Shown: positions 1 to 14,032 of the stretch, in pieces
Position numbering within the stretch: position 1 is the stretch's first letter
Layout of the letters: each line of letters begins with the position of its first letter
Assembly: GCA_964016885.1 (NCBI GenBank)
Contig: OZ024741.1
Location: 122,388,001 to 122,452,000 of the forward strand
Length of the DNA stretch: 64,000 nt
Direction: 5' to 3'
DNA from: Eledone cirrhosa
Lineage: Eukaryota
The notes under the pieces: generated by a model
The model's database searches: none
What the model saw: the letters and a program-made list of their open reading frames with translations, nothing else
Told to the model about the DNA's origin: nothing
Program-made: the position numbers and the translations under genes

Positions 1-656
1 CTTGCTTTCCAGCTCATATAAACTTAACTCTCTTTCAGATACTTATCCTCCATAAACTCTTATTCTTCACTTTCCTTAAATTATTCTGTTTACAGACTTC
101 TCTTTCTGATTTACTTTCATTTTTAACTTTATTTTTAATTTAATTTTTATTTTTACTTCACATCCACCAGTAACCTCTCCCCCTACTCTTCGATTCACTT
201 ACCTAATAACTTCACATTCCACATGTTACTTCCCCATTTTCTTTCACTACCTGATTTCACATTGTCACTTGCGTTTTCCAAATCCAGATATATTCTGTTG
301 TTCCGCAGCCGATTTTATATTTGTACTCATTTATTCATAAGGCTGCTTTATACTCTGTATCTATATGTCTGAGTGTGTTTATGTGTTTATACGTTCTGTA
401 TATGTATACGAGCGCCTCCGTATGTGTGCGTGCGTACGTGTGTATAGATATGTGTGCGTGTATGTGTGTTTTTATATCTGTTTTTACATCTATGTTTTTT
501 ATATTCTTATTTTTACGTGTGTGCGTAAGCGGGGGAATGTACGTGAATGTGTGTGTGTGTGTATATATGTATACGTATGTATGGGTGTGTATGTGTATGT
601 GTGTATATATATATATATATAGTCGCGTACGTACGTGTGATTAGATATACATGGGG

Positions 657-692
<36 letters not shown>

Positions 693-1410
693 GTGCCTCG
701 TGTGTATGTATGTACGCATACATGCGCTTTTGTCTGTACGTATTTGTGTGTATAAATATTTTTTTATAGATATATGTGTATGTACGCGCGTCCTTATGTT
801 TGTTTTCTTTTCTCTAGTGTTAATTGATTACTTTCTCTTTCATTTAAACATTTTTTCATTCTCATATGCTGTTTCATGTTTATACATATATCGAGAATGA
901 CACTTCTTTTCACTATTACACTCCCTTCCCTCTTTATCTTCCGCATATAAGTGACCGCGCGTGTGTGTGTGTTTATACGCGTGCTTTCATACTCGTATGT
1001 GTATTTAATACCTGTATCTGGATGCGTGTCAACTATATTATCATCTTCTTTTTCAACTCATATTATATCCGTATTTGTGGTCACATATACACAAATATAC
1101 TTGCCCTCATATATGTACTTACGCACACATTTTCACCATACACATGCATTTGTACATACACACATATGTACATTTGTGAGTGTATATACATACATATAGA
1201 CATACCTAACTATATTTCCTTATATTTTTTATATATTTTTCCATATTTTTTAATATATTTTTTGGATTTCTTGAGGAGACTTTCCAAATATTTCACTATG
1301 TTCTATATTACCTTGTCCGACGAACGAATGAGGACGTTTTTTTCGTATTCGTCTTATTCGGGAAACCTCTGGTAATGAGGTAATTATATGGTATTGTTTA
1401 TTATACATTA
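1..1410 (+). mobile_element. Non-coding PLE-associated element (long 3' UTR/pLTR-like) ending in a hammerhead and (TA)n
   Basis: Homologous along its length to 47609-49003 (direct) and to 46322-47608 (inverted). Contains degenerate (TG/TA) repeats, ends with the HHR at 1308-1383 and a short tail into (TA)n. Confidence 0.7.
1308..1383 (+). ncRNA. Type I hammerhead ribozyme, CCGACGA (U4C) core variant
   Basis: Stem I UUACCUUGU/AUGAGGUAA (9 bp with wobbles); core CCGACGA; stem II CGAAUGAGGACG...CGUCUUAUUCG; GAAA; stem III ACC-UCU-GGU; GUA cleavage triplet. Confidence 0.75.
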
Positions 1411-1441
1411 TATATATATAGATATAAATTAAATATCTCTT

Positions 1442-1489
<48 letters not shown>

Positions 1490-1635
1490 TATAGTAATAA
1501 TAATAAATGTGAAAACCAAAATCCAAAGAGGGCTCGATAAGGATGAATATATATCAAATATATAAGAACTCTAGAGCAAATATTTATTAAAATAACAGTT
1601 CCCGACACATTGTGTAGTATAACCAACCATATAAT

Positions 1636-2271
1636 ATGGAGGTGGCCACACCATTAGCTAAGATCTTTCTCTCCCTTATTAAGAAGCATTTCCCCTCAGC
1701 TCATAAATATAATAACATTTTTAATAGAAATACCATTAGAATATCTTACTCCACGACTCCTAACTTTGCACATAACATCGCTGCTTCAAATTTAACAAAA
1801 TTACCGAGCCGTTGTAACACTTGCAACCCTGTAGCTAGTACTAACTGTAATTGTAGAAATCGGGTCGACTGCCCTCTATCCGGGAAATGCCTCTTCAGTA
1901 ACATTGTCTACAAATGTAAGGTCGAAACACCCACGTCTATAGGGCCTACATAGGGTTAACCGCCAATAGATTCAAGCAACGTCTTTACATGCACACCCAT
2001 TCTTTTCTTAACCCTTTTCAAACGGAATATGACGTCACATTCACCTTATATCTGGAGTCTAAAAGCCAACCACACCCAATATAGGTTATAAGGGGAGATA
2101 CTAGCTAAAGCTAGATAGTATAACGGTAATAAAAGACTATGCGATCTTTGCGCCGCTGAAGCCCTGGAAATACTCTGCGCCAATGATCACATCTTAAACA
2201 AAAATCCTGAGGCAATTTCGGCTTGTAAACACAAATTGCGTAAAACTTTCCTGTATTACAGCCCCACATGA
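1636..2271 (+). pseudogene. Penelope-like element ORF 3' part: Cys-rich linker plus GIY-YIG endonuclease (Naiad/Neptune-like), frameshifted
   Basis: FNRNTIRISYS, CNCRNRVDCPLSGKC and IVYKCKV; after a frameshift YIGLTANRFKQRLYMH; C-terminus CDLCAAE...ILNKNPE...CKH...YSPT*. Confidence 0.85.
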
Positions 2272-3059
<788 letters not shown>

Positions 3060-3249
3060 CGTGTGTGTTTAGTTAGCTTCGCCATTACTTCTCTTCCTCA
3101 GGTTAGCCCATACCTTGTAAGATTGACATACAGAAGCAGCATCTATCTATCTGAAGCTAAGAAAACAATATTTGCTTTCACATAAATTCTTAATGGTTGA
3201 GATGTTCGGCAGGGTTTCATATATATAAGCATATGAACGAAGAGCATTG

Positions 3250-4045
3250 TCAGAAGAAATTCTAGGTATCTCTGGTGGTAGCAGTTTGCAGTAGATGATT
3301 GGTGAGAGCTGATCTCAGAACACTGAACCTCACAGAACCGATGACCAAAGAAACGCAGTTTCATTCAACTCACGCAAGTAGTGAAAATTGGAAGAAGAAG
3401 AAGAAGAAGAAGAAGAAGAAGAAGAAGAAGAAGAAGAAGAAGAAGAAGAAGAAGAAGAAGAAGAAGAAGAAGAAGATATATGTGTCCCTGTGGAGCTAAG
3501 GAAATACTTTTTCGTTTTTACATAAATTCTTTTTATTGTGAATACAGAATAGCCGAATAGTTAAGAAGTTCGCTTCCCAATCATTAGGTCGTGGGCTCGA
3601 TACCCCTGCGTGGCATCTAGTTTCAGACAAATGTCATTTAACATAGCCTCAAATCTTACTATGCCTTATAAGTGGAATTTTGAAGTTTGACATAGAAGCA
3701 ACGTATGTACCAGTGGAGCTAAGAAAACAGTGTTTGGTTTCATAAGAATTCTTTTATTGTGGTCATATAGAAGCATAGATGCCTATTTGGTCATGTAGAA
3801 GCGTAGATGCGTATGCATGGTGATTGTTAGGTGAAGAAGTGCCAGGAGTTTCCCGTGTAAAGAAGCTGTAGTGGAGGTAGATCGAATGAAAAACAGAATA
3901 GAAACAGTGAGATCTGATCTAAAACACTGACTCTCACAGAGGAAATGACCAAAGAAACGCAGTAGGTGGAGGGATGCTGCCCTGGAAAAGTCCCATCCAA
4001 CCCATGAGAGTATGGAAAAAGCAGACATATGATGATGATGATGAG
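3250..4045 (+). mobile_element. Two RTE-type LINE 3'-end fragments with (GAA)n and (GAT)n tails, separated by a decayed tRNA-SINE head
   Basis: 3254-3360 and 3835-3963 are mutually similar (VRxDLxTLxLTExMTKETQ-like) and are followed by (GAA)n at 3391-3476 and (GAT)n at ~4030. Confidence 0.55.
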
Positions 4046-4703
4046 GCTGGTGATGGTACATGCAGCGACTTTGTGGAAACTTGCGAAACAGGACATACCT
4101 CTGACGGGAATAGTGGGCAGCGCCTTTCTATTATGCGGTCACACAGGGCTGAGGTGAGGAACTCTCTACTATTTTCCGAAGACACAAGCAATATCCACTG
4201 GCGTTGGTAATGTCCACTGAGACCAATGATATACGCTAGTCTCAGTACTGTCGATACACAAATGCCGGTACATTAGAGATGTATAGCCAATGGATTGTGT
4301 TTATGTTGTTGTTGTTGGATGTAGTGTTTGTTGTGATGAGGATGGGGTTATTGGTAGTGATGGCTGTTGTTATGGTGGTGGTGGTGGTTGTTGTAGCTGT
4401 CGTATTGGTTGTGGTGGTTGTGGTGGTGGTGTTGGTGGTAGTTGTGTTGGTGGTGGTGCAGATGGTAGTGGTGGTAGTGCAGAAGTTGATGCTATGGTGT
4501 TGTAGCTGGTAGTGGCGGTTTAGGGGTTGTGGTCTAGGTGGGGATGTTGTAGGGATGGGTGTGAAGTAATTCATATTATGGATAGAGAAACAAGAATATT
4601 ACCTAATTGTTGATTACCACTTAATCAATCTCGCGTTATCGACACTTAATTAAGCATGCACAGACAACAACACCTAGCCTGTTTATTAACATATTCATTT
4701 AAT

Positions 4704-4889
4704 TGTTTCTACTTTAGGCACAAGGCCAGCAATTACCCAGTGCATTACTGGTACTTTATTTTATCGACCCCGTAAAGATGAAAGGCAAAGTCAACCTCGG
4801 CGGGATTTGAACTCAGATCGTAAAGGGACGTAACTATGCTGCAAAGCATGGCGCCCGACCCTGTAACGATACTACCAATCCACCGCCTA
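4704..4889 (-). mobile_element. tRNA-derived SINE (octopus-type) with 20-bp TSD
   Basis: B-box-like GAGTTCAAATCCC, body GCCTTTCATCCTTACGGGGTCGATAAAAT; TSD TATTAACATATTCATTTAAT at 4684-4703 and 4890-4909. Confidence 0.85.
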
Positions 4890-5224
4890 TATTAACATAT
4901 TCATTTAATGCGTAATAAATACTATTTTTATTTGAGTAGGTAAAATAACAAGAATTATAATTACTGGAAATGTTTGCTTTAATTCATTTACACTCTTGAA
5001 TTTACAGTCAATAGAATATCGAATAGTCGTTCCGACTCTTTGCCTTCTGAGTTCAAATCATGCTGGTATCAACTTTGCTTGTTTTACTTTCGAGGTTGGT
5101 AAAAAGTACCAGTTAAATACTATGATCGATTCTTTTTCTCTCTCTCCTCCGGAGTTCAAATAATTCTAATCCTGTAGAATTCAATTCTATATGAAAAGAT
5201 ATATATATATAGATATATATATCA

Positions 5225-6148
5225 GCAGTAGGCCCTGATAGGTTCCCTGCTAGTTTCCTAAAGGTGTGTCAACACCAACTTGCATCACCTCTAGCTAATC
5301 TGTGGAAGAACTCACTGGACGCTGGCTATAAACCTGAAACCTTTCTGTCCCACTCTGTTGTCCCAGTTTTCAAAACGGTAAACAAGTCCCTTGCAGTGAA
5401 TTGTCGTCCGATCTCACTCACCTATCATATATAAAAATATATTATAGGGGGTGCGAGATCACGAATAACTCACTTTCTTGAGAGCAACAATCTGCTGAAC
5501 TCCAACCAGCATAGGCTCCGTCATGGAACGGACTACTTAACGCCGCTCTTGCATCACTTTATGACATTTTAAGAGCTTTGGAAGAAGGTTCCAACAATAA
5601 TGTTATCTACTTTGATTTCAGCAAGGCCTTTGGCGGGGTTGATCTACTGAAATAACTATCCAACATTCGTGTCTCTGGAAATTTACTGCAATGGATCAAG
5701 TGTTTCTTGACAAACAGAGCCCAACATGTAGTCGAAAGAGTAACATCAAGCTCAGACAAAGTCAGTAGTGGTGTTCCACAAGGCACTGTGTTGGGCCCAC
5801 TTCTTTCCCTTATCTATATCAATGATATTATTGACGCCATCAAACACAGCAACAAAAGAAACTTTGCAGATGATTCCAAGCTCAAGAAAGTCATCACTGG
5901 AGTGTGTGTGTGGGGGGGGGGGGGCATGCCTTCAATTAGATCTACTTGCTTGTATCCAATGGGCGATAAAAGAAACAATATGCTGTTGAACGAGGATAAA
6001 TTTGAATTAATTCATTTTGGAAAGGAGGATTGACTGAAACTCTCATAGTCCATTCATTCAGGTGAAACTCTCGTGGCATCCAACAATATCAGAATCATGG
6101 GAGTAATTGTGGATAACAACATAAGCTGGGCCACTCATATAAACAGCA
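5225..6148 (+). pseudogene. CR1/L2/Jockey-like LINE reverse transcriptase fragment
   Basis: GPD...LKVC, RPISLT, NSNQH, YFDFSKAF, SGVPQGTVLGPLL..IYINDI and FADD motifs, with stops and frameshifts. Confidence 0.85.
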
Positions 6149-6309
6149 GGTGGTACTATTAAGTTAAACATGGCCTGGGCCAATACTTGCCGAAACCTAT
6201 CAAAGTTATCTAAGTTATATATATATATATGTATAATGGTAGCTATGGTGCTTCCATAGGCAGTATGCCAAAATTAGCACTCAATATTCATACAGAGTAG
6301 AGTGTGGAT

Positions 6310-8592
6310 AGTATAAAAAAACGAAAAATCAGTGATGCATCTGGACTCAGTTTATTGCGTGTTACAATTGTTTCGCCGGCAGGTAGCTCGAGAGATGATC
6401 ACTGTATGGATCTGGCTGATTCTACGGCTGCAGGTTCCTTCGAACACGGGTAGTTCGTTCGGAGCAAATGTTCTCACTGGGGTGTCATCGTCAAAAAAAC
6501 ACCTTCAAAAAACATCTTCCACTCTTGTCATGCCATTGGATGTTGCTATTCCACGTCATCTTAAGTTCTGGTCATTATTTACTGCTACACGGGTCATCAG
6601 CCATTTTCCGTCCAACGCACTTCAATGGAGTCATGCTGGGTTCGGTCTCTCATACGTCTGTTCACATTCCAGAGTATGTACCCACACATAAACACACACA
6701 CATATATACACACACACCGGCAGGCACAGACACATGCGCGCATACATATATGTGCGCATAGATGTGTAGACACACCTACCCTCATGCACATATATACACG
6801 CGCACACTCTCCCTCTCTTCTACAAACCCAGGCACACCCACTTCTAGATACCGACCGCCGCAAGCCTATTAGCGCCTGCCTAAACCGCGTCATACACCCG
6901 GTCCCACACGCACGCAAACGCGCACAAACACACGACTGTATACACATACGTTTATATACACCCGTATACAAACACATAGACAGACCATGTCCTATGTGGG
7001 TGTACGTAAGCGCCCACACACACACAGACCCACTGACAGATACTCACACCATATATATATATTAATTCAAAATATTAACAAAATAGATATTCTTGTGATC
7101 AATTATATTTTATTATACATATTTCAGAGGTACTGAATTAAGTTCAACAATACGTCCTCATCAGATAAAATAAAATGATACATGACATACCCTGACATGG
7201 TAGATGGTTAAGAATTAATCAAGGTAGTGATTAACTTATGACAAAACTCAATATTTATACCCTAATATTGAGAACATGAGAAAACGCAATACAAACAATA
7301 GAGAGAGTGTGAGTAATATATTTTAAGAAATACATGGCATCAATATAACAGTTATAGCATTTAAAATTTTAAAAACTACTAGAGAAAGAGGAGGGAAAGG
7401 AAAGCATATAGGAAGAAACAGCTGATGTGATAATTTATTTAGTATTTAGCTTGAGAAGACATATGAAAGATGATTAAAGAGAGAGAGAGAGACAAAGGGG
7501 AGTAATTTATGTTCAAGTTTCTACACACACATATTCTTATATAGTATAGTTGGCGGTTAATTTTCAAAATATTTAATTTATGTTATTTCAGGGTAAAGAA
7601 TCAAATTTTAGGTTTTAAAAGTTATTAGGTATTTGTATTAATATTATAATATAATTATGTTAAATTTCTAAAATTCTAATTTTATGAAAACTAATTTAAA
7701 GGATTTAGGAAACCCGAGAAAGAAAGAGAATATATATATTTAATGTTTTATATCCCCACGAAGGTAATCTTTACCAAAATTACTTATAATATTGACAACA
7801 GTTTCTATAATATAATTTATAAGATATTTATAGTTATAACTATTAAAGAATTTATTGTTAAATAGTTTGGGTGCCTAAAGTATCAACCGGCCTTATAATT
7901 AAACTTAAAGAATTCAGAATTTTCAACTATATATATGTATTGATCATAATATATCAAGATTATAGTTTATTATTTGTTCATATATTGTATTAACTAAATG
8001 TATATTTATCTAGTGTAATAACAAAATCGTGGTTACATTTATAAATAATTTAAACACTCAAATGACATTATGTATTATTATAAGTGTTTGGTTTTCCCTG
8101 GAAGGTCGAACTTATATAATCATTTAGTTAATACAATATTTGAACAAATAATAAACTATAATCTTGGTTTATTATGATCAATACATATATATAGTTGAAC
8201 ATTCTGACCTCTTTAAGTTTAATTATAAGGCCGGTTGATACTTTAGGCAGCCAAACTATTTAACAATAAATTCTTTAATAGTTGTGTCGGACGGAAAATG
8301 GCTGATGACCCGTGTAGCAGTAAATAATGACCAGAACTTAAGATGACGTGGAATAGCAACAGCCAATGGCATGACAAGAGTGGAAGATGTTTTTTGAAGG
8401 TGTTTTTTTTACGATAACACCCCAGTGAGAAAATTTGCTCCGAACGAACTACCCGTATCCGAAGGAATCTGCAGCCGTAGAATCAGCCAGATCCATACAG
8501 TGATCATCTCTCGAGCTACCTGCCAGCGAAACAATTGTAACACGCAATAAACTGAGTCCAGATGCATCACTAATTTTCCGTTTTTTATACTA
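6310..8592. repeat. Nested inverted repeats: 6310-6613/8288-8592 and 7838-7981/8140-8283
   Basis: Reverse-complement arms read directly. Each outer arm has GAAAC-AATT-GTA-ACACG followed by AATAAA. Confidence 0.85.
7107..7171 (-). ncRNA. Type I hammerhead ribozyme
   Basis: AUUUUAU CUGAUGA GGACGUA...UACCUCU GAAA UAUGUA UA/AUAAAAU; 7-bp stem I, AUA triplet. Confidence 0.7.
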
Positions 8593-8607
8593 TATATATA
8601 TAATATT

Positions 8608-8640
<33 letters not shown>

Positions 8641-8641
8641 T

Positions 8642-8723
<82 letters not shown>

Positions 8724-9225
8724 TTATACATATATATGTATACGTGTGGGGGTGTGCGTTTGTGTGCGTGATGCGGTGCATGGCCAATAAAATAGATTAC
8801 TATAATAAATATTATAATAATTTTTATTAGTTGGTGACTAGTTTAGACATGTCTAAATATGTTTCATGTGTCTTTATACTGCAAATAAAGTTAGTAAAAA
8901 TCTTCCATTCTAGACATAACTTTCCACACGAATGGATATATATGTATTAATATATATATTTGTTGACTAAATACATACGTGTTTTCTAAAATCCTTTATT
9001 CCTGTTCCCCACTCTTCTCCCTCTCTATCCTTCTATTTCCTCTTTTATTTCTCAATCTTTTCTTACTATACCAAGGATTAAACTAATATATTTCTTCGTT
9101 GTACTGCGTCGTCTGTTTTGTTGTTTCTGTTTACCTTTTGCATACAAAAATAGACCCTCCCCCACACACATACATATATATATATACAAAATATATATGA
9201 TATGTAGTACACACCCCTACCCATA

Positions 9226-9259
<34 letters not shown>

Positions 9260-9442
9260 GTCTTTTCTTATTTTCGGGTTATAGCTACTGTCGCTCAGAC
9301 AGTGAGATTGGCTCAGTGCACAGTCTTTCCTCACTTTAAAAAATATCTTCACGCACAGGCATTGTACAATAGAATTAATTAATAATTATTAACAATGGTA
9401 TATCATGCAATGGCCATACTTGATAACGAACGGGCAGCCATC

Positions 9443-9475
<33 letters not shown>

Positions 9476-9521
9476 TGTATGTATGTATGTATGTATGTAT
9501 GTATGTATGTATGTATGAATG

Positions 9522-9580
<59 letters not shown>

Positions 9581-9683
9581 AGAAATTTCGTATTTCTAAA
9601 GAAATACGGTTTTAGGAAACCGTAGCTATGCAAACACCGGAGCTAATGCCCTTTGGTGGTGTCCATCAGAAGCAAGGGGGACA

Positions 9684-9727
9684 ACCGTCTATGCATTTCA
9701 GGCTTGACTGGCCTTCGTCAGGACGGT
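9684..9727 (-). ncRNA. Minimal type I hammerhead ribozyme
   Basis: ACCGUC CUGACGA AGGC-CAGUCAA-GCCU GAAA UGCA UA/GACGGU; perfect stems I and II, palindromic helix III AUGCAU. Confidence 0.9.
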
Positions 9728-10307
9728 CCCTCCCACTACTTGTTGGCTCAACTTATAATAGGCCAGTCAAGCCTGAAATGACTAGACGGTTGTCCTCCTT
9801 GCTTCAGCTGGACACCACCAGAAGGCGTTAGCCCCGGTGTTTGCATAGCTACGGCTTCCTAAAACCGTATTTCTTTAGAAATACGAAATTTCTATACATA
9901 TTGTATAAAGCTATGCTTGAAGCAAAATCTTATTTCTTTTCTATTATAAGTGGAGACAACTTAAGCAGCTTCATATGCAAATGAGTTTAATCACCTCATT
10001 TACACAGACGAGAAAACTATGTATTCTCGACTGCTTTCAAGTCCAGCAGTGGAAAACGGTCGGAGGGACCGTCCTGACAAAGGCCAGTCAACTGCAGACA
10101 CTAATGTTTCTGGGTATCACCCTTCATCCGTACAGCTCACTGTTCACCTGCCAAACTGTCAGAGCTTGTGAAAATATATGCTATTTTCAAAAATACACAT
10201 TGACTGATCGGCCTGATTTGCATATTAGCAGACTTGCTGATCAGTCAGATCTGCATATTAGCAGATCCACTGATCAGCCAGATTTGCATATCAGCAGACT
10301 GGCCAGT

Positions 10308-10351
10308 CTGTACTGATGAAGGATGATACCCAGAAACATTAGTGTCTGCAG
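10308..10351 (+). ncRNA. Type I hammerhead ribozyme (mutated inverted copy at ~10092-10135)
   Basis: CUGUA CUGAUGA AGGAUGAUACCCA GAAAC AUUAGU GUC/UGCAG. The inverted copy keeps stem II GGGU/ACCC but has a CGGAUGA core. Confidence 0.8.
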
Positions 10352-10467
10352 TTCTGTTCGCATGCCAACACAAGAGCAGGAATGAAGTATTCATTCACAT
10401 GGCTATAAAATTGAGCCTTGTATGCAAAATTGCAAACGAATCGAATGTTATTATTAATATTCGAAAA

Positions 10468-10655
10468 GGGCGGTGGATTGGCAGTATCAGTAGAGGGTCG
10501 GGCGCCATGCTTTGAAGCATAGAGTTACCTCCCTTTATGATCTGAGTTCAAATCCCGCCGAGGTTAACTTTGCCTTTCATCCTTATGGGGTCGATAAAAT
10601 AAAGTACCAGTAATGCACTGCGATAATTGCTGGCCTGGTGCCAAAAGTAGAAACA
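10468..10655 (+). mobile_element. tRNA-derived SINE with 18-bp TSD
   Basis: Same family as 4704; TSD ATTATTAATATTCGAAAA at 10450-10467 and 10656-10673. Confidence 0.85.
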
Positions 10656-12861
10656 ATTATTAATATTCGAAAAACTCAGATTACATTTATTGTATTCAGC
10701 CATGTAGAGCGAAATTCTCTTTTATATATATATATATATATAATCTTTTAATGTCTGCTCTCCCTACTAGCAAGAGCTGGATGGGTATTAACACATGGCG
10801 CCAGTATTTAGGCGTGTGTACCGAATTCCCAGATAGGTTGGGAGCTGTCTACTTACGTACATAGGGTCCCACGATCTAACGAGGGGATTTTATCGTGGCA
10901 CAAGCACTAGATTGTTGGTCATGTTTTGGGCATGATTTCTACAGCCGCGTGCGCTTCCGATCATCAGCGGCCTTACAGTTTTCACTGGGAAAATTCTCGT
11001 TCCACACACACTAGAGATGTAGTCTATTATTGTCCCTACTGAAGAACCTTCTCTTCTCTGCAGGGGTTGTGGAAGAGAGAAAAGGGAGAGAAGCATGATG
11101 GATGGCATCATGGATGTATGGTGGTTGTGATTTAACAAGGTGATAATGAGGAGATGTAGTGCTGAGTGTGAAATACCTAAATGGTAAGAATGGTGGAGGC
11201 ATCGTCGATAGCATTGATGGCCGCAGTGTTCTGACAGAGAATAGCTATAAGTGGTAGTTGGCATGGTTAGAGCTGGACTGTAAGGGGCGGAGGGAGTAGC
11301 TACTGGGAGCTAATGAGGTGTCAAAGGACCGTATACAGAGAACAGCTAAGGAGTTGCAACGGAATGGGTATCTAAGGACTTTAGCGGGGTAGATGTGATG
11401 GATAGCTAAGAAGTGATATTGGAGGGGTGCATGGATCCAGTAGGGCTGGTGTTTGCACTGATAGGTCAGGTCACATTCATACCTCCACATCCAGCAATAT
11501 ATAGACGTGTGTCTGTGTGTGTGTGTGTTTGTGTGCGTGTGTTTGTGCGTGTGTGTGTGTCTGTGTGTGTCTATTATTACGTTAAGTCGAAGAACGTTAT
11601 TGTTATATAAAATATTGATATACTACAATATAAAGCGAGTAATATCTCTTATCTATCCTGATATTTGAAATTTCCCAATTATTAACAATGTTTCTTCATG
11701 CATTGTATATATTGCATGTTAAATAAACATTTTTCTTTTGTAATATAAAACCTTTATTCTTTTGACTTTTTGTTTTGTTTCAAAATAATTTTTTGAAACT
11801 ATTATATTGATGTTCTGTAGTTTTCAAGGACGGCTTGTTAATGTGATTTCATACAATACAGGACGTTAAGACTTTTCAAAGTTTGATGGTGTCGGTGTCG
11901 TTATCGATTTATAACCGACGATTATCTCTGACCGAATATGCCAACGATAAAAATATTCGATCCAAGCTTATTTAGTAATTCATAACTGTATTAAAGACGA
12001 TATACATTGTAAAGGCTAAGTGAATAAGAAGTTAGGTTGGCAATCTGGAGGTATCGCATTCGATCCCACGGTGTGCGTGGCATTTTCGTTGCCTTTACCA
12101 TAAACTCGGGTCAAACCAAGCATTATGAATGAAATTAGAGGAACAGGAAGCTGCGTGAAACGCTGGGGAATGCATTGTACTTGTAATTCAAAGCCTTCAT
12201 TTATGTCACGCTGATTCTGGCTAAGAATTAAGTTAGGGATATATATGTCTGTGGAATATTAAACTACAAGTCGGATGTTCACTCATTGTTGATTAGGATG
12301 AAAACAAATTCTGACCGAAGCCAGTCAGTCATTATTACTTTAAGAAACATTGTACTTAAAACTACAGTATTTAATATTCCCATTAAAACAAACGTTAGGT
12401 TGTGATTTGTGTGTGGTTTGACTGCTACTATTAGAAGTTTGAGCGACGTAACAGTAAGTCTTTATTATAATATTGTTTTATTTTTTCAGGGCACCGGAAT
12501 AATGTGGATACCACTTGGCAGAAGAAGGAATACGGGAAGACGAAAAACGAATATGAAGCGATGCTTTAAAAAAATGAGTTAAAACAGTTTAACGTCACAA
12601 ACGAAGAGGCAGGTAACTAAGCAGAGAACCGCGTTCTTGACCTTCAAGGTCCGTTCTTGGCGAGTTCTTAACAAACAAGGTACGGAAAGACTGTACGAGA
12701 GGAAATAAGTAGTAAGTATATCCAGAACAGCGTTAGGTTTTCTACGGGATATCTACAGTCAATGGAAGCAGGCGTAGAAACAGAGTATGTTTGGAAAAAG
12801 AAGAGACACAAAGGTTGACACTCATCGGTAGGGTCACAGGGTGTAGCGAAAGAACGCATAT

Positions 12862-13505
12862 AGAAGGGTTATCTGGAAAGTTCATAGGCTAATTAAGATA
12901 CTTACATGGAATGTGGTAAAATGTGTTTTATTTTTCAACATAGTCCCATATGCGGTCCACAAACATCTTCCATCGGCGTTGCAGTACTTAGATTCCATTG
13001 GTGAAGAGGCTTTCACCCTGTTTGACAAAAAGATTAACAACAGCAGATATGACGTCATCATCACTGCGATATTGTTTCCCAGTAAAGTGATGTTTTTCAT
13101 GTTGGGGAAAAGATAATATATGGAGCCAAGTGAGGAGAATAAGAGGGTGATCAACCAGTTCAAAGCCACAATGCCGCACAGCAGGCATTGAAGCTAAGAA
13201 CCTGTGTGTTGGACCAATTGTCCTGATGAAACAAGATCCTTTTTGTCAGTTTTCCTGTGTGTTTGGTCTTGATAGCTTTTTGCAACTGCCTCAGCAAACT
13301 AGCATAATACTCTCCATTGATGACGCGATCCTTTTGAAGTTAGTCAATAAAAGCAATGCCTTTTGCATCGAAAAAAAAATGAGACTATCACCTTCCTTGT
13401 AGATGGAACGAACTCGGCCTTCTTTGGAGTAGATGAAAAGGGGTGTTTCCAGTACATGAATTGTCTCTAGTTTAAAGTGATGAACCCAATACTCATCCCG
13501 GGTTA
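12862..13505 (-). pseudogene. Tc1/mariner transposase remnant with right terminus
   Basis: FLTRDEYWVHH (IVTGDETW-like) and SSLGS-IYYLFPNMK (YSPDLAPSDYxLF-like); mariner-type end GAAGGGTTATCTGGAAAGTTCATAGGCT. Confidence 0.75.
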
Positions 13506-14032
13506 GGAAACGTAGGTAAGTAAATAGTAGATTAATGATATGGTTGTAGTTTTTGATTGATACAATTGAAGTGATTGTATGTGATTTCATTGGAAGTATG
13601 CGCCACCTAAACATCAATTATATATAGGACCAAATTCACACAGTTTAATATTTTAGATTGTTATCCCCCTATTTCTAGGTGCTTTCTTAATAACACGTTA
13701 GAATTTGCTCGTTCTTTTGTATACATCAGTGACATGGAATAAGATCTAATATTCTACGTGTGTAGAATCCTCCTATTTAGTAATGGTACTACTTGGGTAA
13801 AAACATCTGATCTTGATTATTCTTTTGAGGTCTCCATGGGGTCCTATGACAGTGCTGATGATTGTAATCTTATCGGCTTATACGCTAAAGTACGCTAAAC
13901 TATACATTCCACAACGACTCCTTTGGTCTATACCATGACCTCCTATTTCATTTTTACATGATTGTAAGGGACACACTGTGGACAGATTCCGTAAAAACAT
14001 CATTATTACATACCATTATTACATATCATAAC

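Noticed and set aside
321-1519. Many ORFs rich in YI/VC/HT dipeptides here and throughout the window
   Set aside because: Translation artefacts of (TA)n, (TG)n and (CA)n microsatellites.
4279-4574. Val/Thr/Gly-rich ORFs
   Set aside because: Degenerate (GGT/GTT)n repeat.
10915-10975. Minus-strand CUGAUGA...GAAA
   Set aside because: No stem I partner and no U at position 16.1.
12481-12620. Apparent exon (TTTTTTCAG...AG|GTAAC)
   Set aside because: Contains stops and translates as an RTE 3' remnant (WIPLGRRR..GR).
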